Assembly (NCBI GenBank): GCA_036339465.1
Contig: JAYZAY010000062.1
Span: forward strand, 32,001-96,000
From: Myxococcota bacterium
GTDB taxonomy: Bacteria; Myxococcota; XYA12-FULL-58-9; JABJBS01
Reading direction: 5' to 3'
Length of the DNA: 64,000 nt
Program-made: the position numbers and the translations under genes
Notes under the pieces: generated by a model
Told to the model about the DNA's origin: nothing
The model's database searches: none
Seen by the model: only the letters and a program-made list of their open reading frames with translations
Part shown: piece by piece, positions 1 to 9,205 of the stretch
How positions within the stretch are numbered: position 1 is the first letter of the stretch
Layout of the letters: each line of letters opens with the position of its first letter

Positions 1-284
1 TGCATGAGTTTGTGGTGATTATGAAGCACGCGGTTCGAAATGGAATGATCCCTATCTTGACCCTTTTGGGGAGTCTGTTGCCGGTTTTGGTTTCTGGTTC
101 GGTGGTGATTGAGGTTGTTTTCGGGATCCCCGGTATGGGACTTTATCTTTTCGATGCGATTAACTTACGCGATTACAATGCGGTGATGGCGGTCCTTATT
201 ATGGCCAGTGTCCTGACCTTATTTGGAATCTTGGTTTCTGATCTGAGCTACGCAGCTGTTGACCCGAGGATTAGCTTTGACTGA
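1..284 (+). CDS. Oligopeptide/dipeptide ABC transporter permease (OppB/DppB type), C-terminal part, truncated by the window start
   Basis: KHAVRN...VVIEVVFGIPGMG...RDY...DLSYAAVDPRI is the typical OppB C-terminus. Confidence 0.9.
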   Translation, partial: HEFVVIMKHAVRNGMIPILTLLGSLLPVLVSGSVVIEVVFGIPGMGLYLFDAINLRDYNAVMAVLIMASVLTLFGILVSDLSYAAVDPRISFD

Positions 285-1497
285 TACACGACCCCAAGAA
301 GATCCAACCTATATGGAAATTGTGTGGGGGCAGTTCAAAAAACGGCCACTCCCCCTCACATCGTTTTATGGTATTATCGCTCTCTTTTTAGTGGCGGTTT
401 ATGTGCCTGTCTTCATCAGCAATAAGCCTTTCTATTGGAAGGTGGGGGATGAGCCTTGGACAAGTCCTTGGTTTCAAAGTCTCTTTGATCGAAACTTTTT
501 CGAGAGTAGTTTGGATATCGCTTTCAACACTTTTCTCTTCCCGGGAACCTTTTTCTTAATCCCTGTCTTTATTGTTTTTGCCATGACCAAGAATATGGGG
601 CGACGTGAGCGGGAGCCTAAAAGACAATGGGCGATTGTGGCAGCGGTTTTGGCTTGGTTGTTTTCATTTGTGCTCATTCTTTCCAATTCCACAGGTCAAG
701 CCAAGGTTGTTTATCCTAAATTGGAACAGGAATTGGTCTTAGAAGGAAAATCTGTGGCTTCCATTTATCCAGTGATCGCACATTCTTACCGAGACATCGA
801 TCTCAAGAAAGTGAGAACTGCGGTGAGTTTAGAGCATCCTTTAGGCACCGATAATGCGGGTCGTGATGTTTTTAGCCGCTTGATTTATGGCACGCGGATC
901 TCATTGACCATTGGGGTTTTTGCGGTGGCGATTTACGTCATGATTGGTATCTTCATTGGCGCCATTGCTGGCTATTATGGTGGCCGGACGGATATCTTGA
1001 TTCAACGTTTGATTGAGGTGGTGATTTCCATTCCATCACTTTTCTTGATTCTGACGGTGGCGGCTTTCATTGAAGAACGCTCTATTTTTCACATCATGGG
1101 GATCATTGCTGCGGTGAGTTGGACGACCCCGGCCAGATTGGTTCGTGGCGAATTTCTACGGCTGAAAAATCAAGATTTTGTGTCGTCGGCTCGGGCGGCG
1201 GGGTTTAAGGAATCAACCATCATTTTTCGGCAGATCTTGCCCAATGCTTTGGGCCCAGTTTTGGTGACGGCGACCTTTGGCGTGGCATCGGCGATCCTTG
1301 TGGAATCGACCATGAGCTTTCTTGGGCTTGGGGATATCACAGTTCCAAGTTGGGGCCAGATTTTAAGCACGGGCCGAAACACCGGCAGCTGGGTTCTTAT
1401 TTTGGCTCCAGGTTTTGCGATATTTCTGACGGTTAGTTTTTTGAATCTTTTTGGTGAGGGTTTGCGGGACGCGCTGGATCCTAAATTGCGGAAATAG
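259..1497 (+). CDS. Oligopeptide ABC transporter permease (OppC/DppC type); true start possibly the TTG at 277
   Basis: HPLGTDNAGRDVFSRLIYGTRISL, EAA-like loop (FVSSARAAG), ends GEGLRDALDPK. Confidence 0.92.
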   Translation: MTRGLALTDTRPQEDPTYMEIVWGQFKKRPLPLTSFYGIIALFLVAVYVPVFISNKPFYWKVGDEPWTSPWFQSLFDRNFFESSLDIAFNTFLFPGTFFLIPVFIVFAMTKNMGRREREPKRQWAIVAAVLAWLFSFVLILSNSTGQAKVVYPKLEQELVLEGKSVASIYPVIAHSYRDIDLKKVRTAVSLEHPLGTDNAGRDVFSRLIYGTRISLTIGVFAVAIYVMIGIFIGAIAGYYGGRTDILIQRLIEVVISIPSLFLILTVAAFIEERSIFHIMGIIAAVSWTTPARLVRGEFLRLKNQDFVSSARAAGFKESTIIFRQILPNALGPVLVTATFGVASAILVESTMSFLGLGDITVPSWGQILSTGRNTGSWVLILAPGFAIFLTVSFLNLFGEGLRDALDPKLRK

Positions 1498-1521
1498 TCA
1501 GCGGATCGGCTGAAAATCGAT

Positions 1522-1569
1522 GACCGATATTCTAAGACCGATATTCTAAGACCGATATTCTAAGACCGA
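1522..1569. repeat. Tandem repeat of 14-bp GACCGATATTCTAA, 3 full copies plus a partial copy
   Basis: Exact copies at 1522, 1536 and 1550, then GACCGA at 1564; lies between convergent genes. Confidence 0.95.
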
Positions 1570-1600
1570 AAAACCGGACTTTCCCTTTAGTGGATTGAAC

Positions 1601-3502
1601 TTAGCCTGGGTTAGCAGCCATGCGTTGAGATAGGGCTTCTTTCCTTTGGAGCTGGCGCATATCGATTTGGTCTAGGGTGTCTCGAGGGATCGCGTCGATA
1701 AGTCGTTGGGTGTAGGCATTTTTGGGATCGGCATAAATTGCTTCGGAGGGACCAAATTCAATAATTTTGCCTGCGTTCATCACCGCAATCATATCGGACA
1801 TAAATTTTACCACGCTCAAATCGTGACTGATGAAAATGTAGGTGAGTTTTCGTTTGAGTTGGAGTTGTTTGAGCAGGTTAAGAACTTGAGCTTGAACCGA
1901 GACGTCCAAGGCAGAAACCGATTCATCACATATGATGAGTTCCGGCTCGACCGCGAGGGACCGAGCAATACAAATACGCTGTCGCTGGCCACCGGAGAAT
2001 TCGTGTGGATAGCGGGTCAGAAGATGCGCTCCGGGTAATCCTACTTCTGCCAAGAGGGCAATGGCCATTGCCCTTCGGTCGTCTTGGTCTTTACCAATGT
2101 CGTGAATTTTCATGGGCTCGGTTAGGGTGGCTTCAACGGTTTTTCGAGGATTGAGGGAGCCATAGGGATCTTGAAAAATAATTTGAACTCTCTTGCGCAC
2201 TTGTCTTAGGGCTTCTCCATGAAGCGCGCCTATGTCCTGCCCGTCAAAAGTCACTGTGCCTTCGGTGGGTTCAATGAGGCGCAAGATGGCACGTCCCGCC
2301 GTGGTTTTTCCACAGCCAGATTCCCCAACCAATCCCAAGGTTTGGCCACGGAATACGTCGAAGCTAATACCATCCACCGCGCGTACGTGATCATGAATGC
2401 GGCTGAAAACACCTTTACGAATTGGGAAGTGCACCTTTAAGCCGTGCACGCCCAATAGGGGTTTTGTGTTTTCTTCCACCAAACAGGTATCGGCGGCGTG
2501 CAGGTCTGGGTCGAAGGGGTGGCCGATGGATTTTAGCGTGGAAGCGGGATGAAGTAATCGACCCCGCCCGTCTTTCATGAGGAGGTCGAGTTTTGCTTCG
2601 TTGATGGTCTTTTCGGTGAGGGTGTAGTTACCATCGTCATGGAAAGTGGTTTCCATATAATCCGCAACTGTGGGTAGGCGCTTGATTAGGCTTTCGAGGC
2701 GAGGTCGGCAGTTCAGCAGACCTTTGGTGTAGGGATGTTTCGGTGCTTCGAAAATACTGCGGATATCTCCAAATTCCACAAGTTTGCCGCGATACATCAC
2801 TGCGACTTCATCCGCGATTTCCGCGATGACTCCGAGGTCGTGGGTAATAAATAGGATGGCCATTCCACGCTCGTCTCGTAGTTTCCGCAACAAGTCGAGA
2901 ATTTGCGCCTGAATTGTCACATCCAAGGCGGTGGTTGGTTCGTCGGCGATGAGTAATTTAGGATTACAGGAGAGGGCCATGGCAATCATGACCCGTTGTT
3001 TTTGCCCACCAGACATCTCGTGGGGATAGCTGTCGATTCTGCGCTGTGGTTGGGGGATGCCCACTTCTTTGTAGAGGGCAATGGCACGTTCTCTCGCTTC
3101 CTGGTGGGAGACCTTTTGATGAAGCATGATGGCTTCCATCACCTGTGAGCCCGTGGTGTAGACGGGGTTTAAGGAAGTCATGGGCTCTTGGAAAATCATC
3201 GAGATTTCTTTGCCACGAATTTTTCGCATTTCTGGTTCAGGCAAATTCAGGAGCTCTTGTCCTAGAAAAGAGATGGATGAGCCCTCTTCGATGGAGGCCA
3301 CGATGCCGGGGAGTAGTTTCATGATGGATAGGGATGTGACAGATTTTCCGCTACCCGATTCGCCGACGATGCCTAGGGTGTGTCCTGGTTTAAGGGTGAT
3401 GTTAAGGTCTTGAACGGCTTTGACCGTCCCTGCATCTGTATGGAAGTAGGTTCTAAGGTTCTTAATTTCCAATAGATTTTCTGTTTTACGCATTGGTTGC
3501 AA
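1601..3502 (-). CDS. Peptide ABC transporter ATP-binding protein with two fused ATPase domains (OppD-OppF type)
   Basis: Walker A motifs GESGSGKS and GESGCGKT, signatures MSGGQKQR and [12 protein letters not shown] motif. Confidence 0.95.
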   Translation of the reverse strand: MQPMRKTENLLEIKNLRTYFHTDAGTVKAVQDLNITLKPGHTLGIVGESGSGKSVTSLSIMKLLPGIVASIEEGSSISFLGQELLNLPEPEMRKIRGKEISMIFQEPMTSLNPVYTTGSQVMEAIMLHQKVSHQEARERAIALYKEVGIPQPQRRIDSYPHEMSGGQKQRVMIAMALSCNPKLLIADEPTTALDVTIQAQILDLLRKLRDERGMAILFITHDLGVIAEIADEVAVMYRGKLVEFGDIRSIFEAPKHPYTKGLLNCRPRLESLIKRLPTVADYMETTFHDDGNYTLTEKTINEAKLDLLMKDGRGRLLHPASTLKSIGHPFDPDLHAADTCLVEENTKPLLGVHGLKVHFPIRKGVFSRIHDHVRAVDGISFDVFRGQTLGLVGESGCGKTTAGRAILRLIEPTEGTVTFDGQDIGALHGEALRQVRKRVQIIFQDPYGSLNPRKTVEATLTEPMKIHDIGKDQDDRRAMAIALLAEVGLPGAHLLTRYPHEFSGGQRQRICIARSLAVEPELIICDESVSALDVSVQAQVLNLLKQLQLKRKLTYIFISHDLSVVKFMSDMIAVMNAGKIIEFGPSEAIYADPKNAYTQRLIDAIPRDTLDQIDMRQLQRKEALSQRMAANPG

Positions 3503-3820
3503 TCCCGCTATCTAAGAGGGGTAGAAATCCCCATCCTATGGCCCGGTAAATAGAAGGCGAGGGCCACAAGGTCAAACACTTCCGCCCATATTTCGCGCCC
3601 CAAAGGTGATAACATTCGCCAACGACTTTAGGCTGTTACTTATAAAAGGGTTGCAGATGACTTTGTCGGGATACTTTTCCACTACTTGGGCCCACATGCT
3701 ACAATGAAACGATACTTCCAAAGTGGTAACTTTCGAGGAGTAGGGCTTGGAATTTGAAATTAAGCAGGGTGAGAGTAGAATCACCCTCTGACCTTCTGAC
3801 CGAAAAAAGGAAAGAGAGAC

Positions 3821-4834
3821 ATGCGCATTGGATTGATGGGATTTGGGCGTATTGGGCGCAATATCTTCAGAATTTTGGATGAAATGGAGGATGGTGCCGA
3901 GGTGGTGGCGATCAGTGATATCGCCAACCATGAAAGTTTGGAATATTTGCTTCAGTACGACACGATTATGGGCCGTTTGAACCACCGGGTCCGTTTAAAA
4001 GAGGGGTATCTCTATAGCCGAGGTCGCCAAATCAAGATGCTCTCGGGTAGGGATGCCGGAGATGTTACCTGGGGGCATTGGGACGTGGATGTGGTCATTG
4101 AAGCCAGGGGTTTGGCGCCAACGAGATTGGAGGCGCAAGTCCATCTAAAATCTGGTGCGAAGCGGATTATTTCATGTGTGCCCACCCTAGGTGGTGGAGA
4201 TTATCAGGTGGTGATGGGGCTCAATGATGAGGGACTGACATCAGAGCATAAAATCATCGACAGTGCACCGGTTCAGACTCAGTGTTCGGCGCTGAGCTTG
4301 GATATCTTGGACAAGGCATTTGGTATTGAGCATGTTTTTCTAAGTACCGTTCATGCTTATACCAATGATCAGAGTTTGGCGGATGTTCCTTCCAAGGATT
4401 TGCGGCGCTCCCGGGCGGCTCGGGAAAATATCATTCCCCTTGATCTGAAGTTAAGCAAGAATTTGGAGCTGCTCTTTCCGCATTTGGAGGGAAAAATAAA
4501 GGATTTGGCTTTGAAGGTGCCGGTGCCCAATGGTTCTATGGTGGATTTGGTGGTTTCGACGAAGCGAGAGGTCTCTGTTACTGCGGTGAATGAAGTGATG
4601 CGTTCGGCCATCGAAGCGAAGTACCCGAATTATATGGAATTCATTGATGAGCCGATTGTTTCCAGTGATGTTCAGCTAAGTACGTTTTCCAACAGCTTTG
4701 ATTCGTTGGCGACCATGTGTTTGGGAGACCGCCTGGTGAAAACGGTTTCTTGGTTTGATGATGGAACCGGGACGGCACACCGGGTGGTTAATCTATTGGA
4801 TAAATTGGGCGAGAGTGAAGGAGGTCTGCTATGA
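3821..4834 (+). CDS. GAPDH-family protein lacking the catalytic cysteine
   Basis: GFGRIGR, VHAYTNDQ and VPVPNGS are present; SNASCTTNC is replaced by DSAPVQTQC. Confidence 0.88.
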   Translation: MRIGLMGFGRIGRNIFRILDEMEDGAEVVAISDIANHESLEYLLQYDTIMGRLNHRVRLKEGYLYSRGRQIKMLSGRDAGDVTWGHWDVDVVIEARGLAPTRLEAQVHLKSGAKRIISCVPTLGGGDYQVVMGLNDEGLTSEHKIIDSAPVQTQCSALSLDILDKAFGIEHVFLSTVHAYTNDQSLADVPSKDLRRSRAARENIIPLDLKLSKNLELLFPHLEGKIKDLALKVPVPNGSMVDLVVSTKREVSVTAVNEVMRSAIEAKYPNYMEFIDEPIVSSDVQLSTFSNSFDSLATMCLGDRLVKTVSWFDDGTGTAHRVVNLLDKLGESEGGLL

Positions 4835-5832
4835 CGGTTCGAATCGCGATTAATGGTTTTGGCCGGATTGGGCGGAGTGTTTTTCGAGTGCTGGCAAAGC
4901 GCGATGACATCGATGTGGTCGCTATCAACGATATCTTCCAAAATGAGGAACTCGCCTATCTTCTCAAGTACGATACGGTGATGGGTATTTTGGATGAGAC
5001 TGTCTCTTTTACGGATTCATCTCTGATTGTGGGGGATTCTGAAATTAGGATGACCAAACAACGGGATCCGGCGGAGCTTCCGTGGAAAGAATTGGGTGTG
5101 GATGTTGTTTTGGAATCAACGGGGAAATTTCGGTTCCGTGAACAATTTGAACGTCACCTTGAAGCGGGAGCACGCAAGGTTTTGTTGAGTGTTCCTCCTA
5201 AAGACGCCGTCGATGCCATGATTGTGATGGGGGTCAATGATGAAGATTTAACACCCGATTCTAGATTGATTTCCAATGCTTCATGTACCACCAATTGTCT
5301 GGCACCGGTGGCCAAGGTTTTGGATGATGCTTTCGGAATCGAACGCGGGTTCATGACTACGATTCATGCCTATACCAACGATCAACGCTTGGCCGATGTG
5401 CCTCACGAGGATTTTCGACGGAGTCGCGCGGCAGCAGAGAATATCATTCCGACCACGACGGGTGCGGCTCGAGCAGTGGCCAAAGTATTGCCTCAACTTG
5501 ATGGAAAACTTGATGGGATGGCGGTCCGGGTGCCCGTTCCCGACGGTTCTGTGGTTGACTTGACGGTTCAGTTTCGGGGTACGCCCAATCGAGATGAGGT
5601 GAATGCGGCGATGAAAGCTGCTGCGGAAGGCCCCATGAAAGGGGTGCTGGAGTATTCAGAAGCTCACTTGGTTTCAAGCGATGTTATCGGCAACCCCCAC
5701 AGTTCTATCTTCGATGCCCTGACCACTCAGGCGACCGGGGACGGTTATGCCCGTGTTCTAAGTTGGTACGATAATGAATGGGGTTATTCCAATCGGTGTG
5801 TTGATCTCATTGAACGAATGGCGAAAGGCTAG
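4831..5832 (+). CDS. gap: Type I glyceraldehyde-3-phosphate dehydrogenase
   Basis: NGFGRIGR, SNASCTTNCLAP, WYDNEWGYS; ATGA overlap with the upstream paralog. Confidence 0.97.
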   Translation: MTVRIAINGFGRIGRSVFRVLAKRDDIDVVAINDIFQNEELAYLLKYDTVMGILDETVSFTDSSLIVGDSEIRMTKQRDPAELPWKELGVDVVLESTGKFRFREQFERHLEAGARKVLLSVPPKDAVDAMIVMGVNDEDLTPDSRLISNASCTTNCLAPVAKVLDDAFGIERGFMTTIHAYTNDQRLADVPHEDFRRSRAAAENIIPTTTGAARAVAKVLPQLDGKLDGMAVRVPVPDGSVVDLTVQFRGTPNRDEVNAAMKAAAEGPMKGVLEYSEAHLVSSDVIGNPHSSIFDALTTQATGDGYARVLSWYDNEWGYSNRCVDLIERMAKG

Positions 5833-5868
5833 TTTCTGTTTCGGGCTGGGTGTCTTCGGTTTTCGGTT

Positions 5869-6484
5869 TTATCCGCATTTTTTCATGGGTGTATTGTTCA
5901 TCAATTTTGTCGTTGGTTTTGCCCCTTTTAGGAGCGCGTTTAGAGGGGCAATTTCTATGGTCAGTCTTATGATGATAGGGCTCGTATCAATGTCGTAGCG
6001 TTGCCCAAAGAGGGTGAAGTCGAGAATGAAATTGCGGCCCGTAATTTCAATGAGTGCCGAGTCTTGGGTGAGAACACCGCGGGAACTACCGTCCAACTCG
6101 GTCTGACCAACCAATGCACAATCCCCGTCGATGAGGAGCGGCAATTTATGGGGCCAATGCTTTTCAAGCTCACTTTCCAGAATTTCCTAGGAGAAAAGGC
6201 TTCAATTGAAGGGGGGGGGAAGTTTAGTAAAGGAGAAAAGGGTCACATCACCACCTCGGGCCTCTACTTCTTTAAGCGGGCCTTCTCATTCCAGTGATTC
6301 TCGGTGCCAAAGTGATACGACGATTGTTTTTTTTAGGCCGTGCGAAAAGATTGTGGGCGCGCCCGATTACCGACTGATATTCGTACTCAGTTGCAGGTTG
6401 TTTGCGAATCAAGGCCAGATGCACCTTTGCCTGATTGGCGGTAAAGCCTAGGCTTTTCATGGCCTCTATCACTTTTTCTTCCAT
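5869..6484 (-). pseudogene. Decayed TrmB-family transcriptional regulator
   Basis: N-terminus MEEKVIEAMKSLGFTANQAKVHLALIRKQPATEYE is the start of a TrmB winged HTH. The frame is then lost. The C-terminal frame LKEVEARGGDVTLFSFT..*..FS*EILESELEKHWPHKL...LDFTLFGQR has stops at 6202-6204 and 6187-6189. Confidence 0.72.
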
Positions 6485-6969
6485 ACCGAACCAACCTCCA
6501 CCGGCGCCTATAAAATATTGCGCAACGAAACTCATAAGGCGGCTTTTCCACTGACGCAAGGAGATAGCGCAGAACGTCACTTTGTAGGAGGTTTCGGTGT
6601 GGGTATGGAGTCCACTTGGCATTGAATGGGAACTGAACGGCAGGAAAAAAGGATTCGAGAAACCGGTAACAATTGCGCCTCGACTGTCCCTTCTGATTTT
6701 AGACTGGTTTTAGACCAGAGGGTGTGGGTGTTTGTAGGCATATCACCTCTTTGTCGTTGTGTTCTGTTTTTGGGATTTTGAGCACAGATACTCACTTGTT
6801 TTGGCACTTGCTTTGGCTTTTGGATTGGTGGTTGTCTATTGCGATGGTGCTTACTCTTGAACGAGGGTGGCATTAAGGGCTGAATGTAGGCATTTAAAGC
6901 GTGATATGGTATCCTGAGTGCATAGAAGCTGGGTCTGTTTGGAAATCAGTTTGGGCTGAGGTTGTACTG

Positions 6970-8388
6970 ATGAATAGAACAAAAATAGTTGCTACGGTTG
7001 GGCCAGCATCGGTAGCCCGGGAAACCCTTCGAGGGATGATGCATGCTGGAATGAACGTTGCGCGCATTAATATGTCGCATATTGATATCGAAGGTGCTCG
7101 GGAAATTATTAAGCGGATCCGGTCATTAAACGATGAATTGGATTTGAATACAGCGGTGTTGGTGGATTTCCAGGGACCGAAGCTTAGACTTTCGACGGTG
7201 GCGCCTGGAACCGTACTTGTCACTGGTGAAACCATAGAACTTACCACAGAAAACGTCGAGGGCAATGCTCACAAAGTGCAGGTTTGTTATGATGCCTTTG
7301 CCCGCGATGTGGCTGTGGGTGAGAGAATCCTTCTGGATGATGGCAAGCTTGAACTTGAAGTACTGGCGACGAATTTTAAGGATCTGGTCACTGCAAAGGT
7401 CATTATGGGTGGGGCTCTGAGTTCTCGAAAAGGTGTCAATGTGCCCGATACTTCCATTTCCATGGCCTCACTTACAGAGAAGGACCACAAGGATTTAGAA
7501 GGCGTTTTGGACTGTGAACCAGAATGGGTAGGACTGTCTTTTGTCCGTCGTGCCGAGGACATTCGCGATCTAAAAGGATTGGTGACGCAGTCGGGGCGGC
7601 TTTCAAAGATTGTGGCGAAAATTGAGAAACCGGAAGCTTTGGCAGTGTTGGACGAGGTGATTGAAGTATCGGATGCGGTGATGATTGCTCGCGGGGACTT
7701 GGGGGTCGAGATCCCCATGGAACAGGTACCCATTGTTCAGAAAGAAATTGCCAGGAAGGCACGAATGGCTTCGAAGCCGGTGATTATTGCGACCCAAATG
7801 ATGGAGAGTATGATCGAGTGCAGTCGTCCCACGCGGGCAGAGGCCAATGATGTTGCGAATTCAGTATTGGATGGTGCGGATGCCCTGATGTTGAGTGGGG
7901 AGACTTCCCTTGGGATGCATCCTATTCAAACGGTGGCAGCCATGTCGAAGATCATCGCGGCGACGGAAAGTTCGGCGGTGGGTTATCTGTCTTCGCCACC
8001 ACAAAAAGGTCGAACCCAAGACCGTTTTATCGCCGATGGCATTTGCTACCACGCTTGTGAGATGGCGGAGAAAATGCAAGCCAAAGCAGTTTTATGCATG
8101 ACGTACAGTGGTTACGCCGGGATTAAAATTTCCAGTTATCGCCCAGATGCCAATATTTTTGTTTTTACACCCAATCGCTCGATCCTTAATATGCTGAGTC
8201 TGGTTTGGGGGATCCAGGCATTCTACTACGATGGATTCGAGAGTACGGACCGCACTGTTGGGGATGTTCAACAAATCTTGAAACGGAAAGGCTTGGTTGA
8301 GTCTGGAGATGTGGTGGTCAACACAGCCAGCATGCCTATCACGAAGAAAGGCCGGACCAACGTTTTGAAAATTGCTCGGGTCGAATAG
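6970..8388 (+). CDS. pyk: Pyruvate kinase
   Basis: RTKIVATVGPAS, ARINMSH, AKIEK, MIARGDLGVE, ATQMMESM, LMLSGET; ATG at 6970 within the ORF starting at 6901. Confidence 0.97.
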   Translation: MNRTKIVATVGPASVARETLRGMMHAGMNVARINMSHIDIEGAREIIKRIRSLNDELDLNTAVLVDFQGPKLRLSTVAPGTVLVTGETIELTTENVEGNAHKVQVCYDAFARDVAVGERILLDDGKLELEVLATNFKDLVTAKVIMGGALSSRKGVNVPDTSISMASLTEKDHKDLEGVLDCEPEWVGLSFVRRAEDIRDLKGLVTQSGRLSKIVAKIEKPEALAVLDEVIEVSDAVMIARGDLGVEIPMEQVPIVQKEIARKARMASKPVIIATQMMESMIECSRPTRAEANDVANSVLDGADALMLSGETSLGMHPIQTVAAMSKIIAATESSAVGYLSSPPQKGRTQDRFIADGICYHACEMAEKMQAKAVLCMTYSGYAGIKISSYRPDANIFVFTPNRSILNMLSLVWGIQAFYYDGFESTDRTVGDVQQILKRKGLVESGDVVVNTASMPITKKGRTNVLKIARVE

Positions 8389-8441
8389 AACATGCCAATT
8401 TTAGATTGGTTTTGTTTCGGGGATCTGGAATACCTTCGGTT

Positions 8442-9203
8442 ATGGACGTGCCTCTTAAGTTGAACAATCCTTGGCTCTATATTCCTAACGTGCGGCCAAA
8501 TGCGAGAATCCGATTGTATTGTTTTCCGTATGCAGGGGGAAGTGGTTCGACTTATCGCAGTTGGGGGGATGCTTTTTCCGAGGAAATTGAAGTTCGCTCG
8601 GTGCAGTATCCAGGCCGTGCATTTCGGTTGGACGAGCGTCCGAAATCGACCATGGATGAATTGATCGACTCCATGGGTGAAGCTCTATATCAAGACCTGA
8701 CAACCGATGACACCTATGTTTTTTTTGGTCATAGTATGGGAGCGTTGGTCGCCTTTGAATTGACTCGCTGGTTAAATCTGCGTGGGTATTCGCAACCCGA
8801 GGCACTTTACCTTTCGGGGGGTGGGGCGCCTCGTCACTCGGTGGAGCGATTTGGTGTGGCTGAAATGACTGACCCGGAATTGATTGCGCTGATTGAGAAG
8901 TTTGGTGGTACGCCCGACGAGGTGCTTCAAAACGAGCGTCTGATGCGATTGGTGTTGCCGATGGTTCGGGCAGATTTTACCCTCTTGGACGGTTATGAGT
9001 TTCGTTGCTCCACCCCAGTAGAAGTACCCATTTTTGCTTTAGGCGGTCTCGAAGACAAGGTGGTTGGTGCTGAGGATCTGCTCAAGTGGAGCGAGCTAAC
9101 AAAGGGTAAAGTTGAAGTTCAGCTGATGAGTGGTGGGCATTTTTATGTGCATTCACCCGAAGAAGAACTGTGGCCTTATCTTCGGATGAAACTCGAGTCC
9201 TAG
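8442..9203 (+). CDS. Type II thioesterase (alpha/beta hydrolase)
   Basis: CFPYAGG, GHSMG nucleophile elbow, C-terminal GGHF. Confidence 0.92.
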   Translation: MDVPLKLNNPWLYIPNVRPNARIRLYCFPYAGGSGSTYRSWGDAFSEEIEVRSVQYPGRAFRLDERPKSTMDELIDSMGEALYQDLTTDDTYVFFGHSMGALVAFELTRWLNLRGYSQPEALYLSGGGAPRHSVERFGVAEMTDPELIALIEKFGGTPDEVLQNERLMRLVLPMVRADFTLLDGYEFRCSTPVEVPIFALGGLEDKVVGAEDLLKWSELTKGKVEVQLMSGGHFYVHSPEEELWPYLRMKLES

Positions 9204-9205
9204 GT

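Noticed and set aside
1522..1569. CRISPR array
   Set aside because: Repeats are 14 bp, directly adjacent, with no spacers and no cas genes
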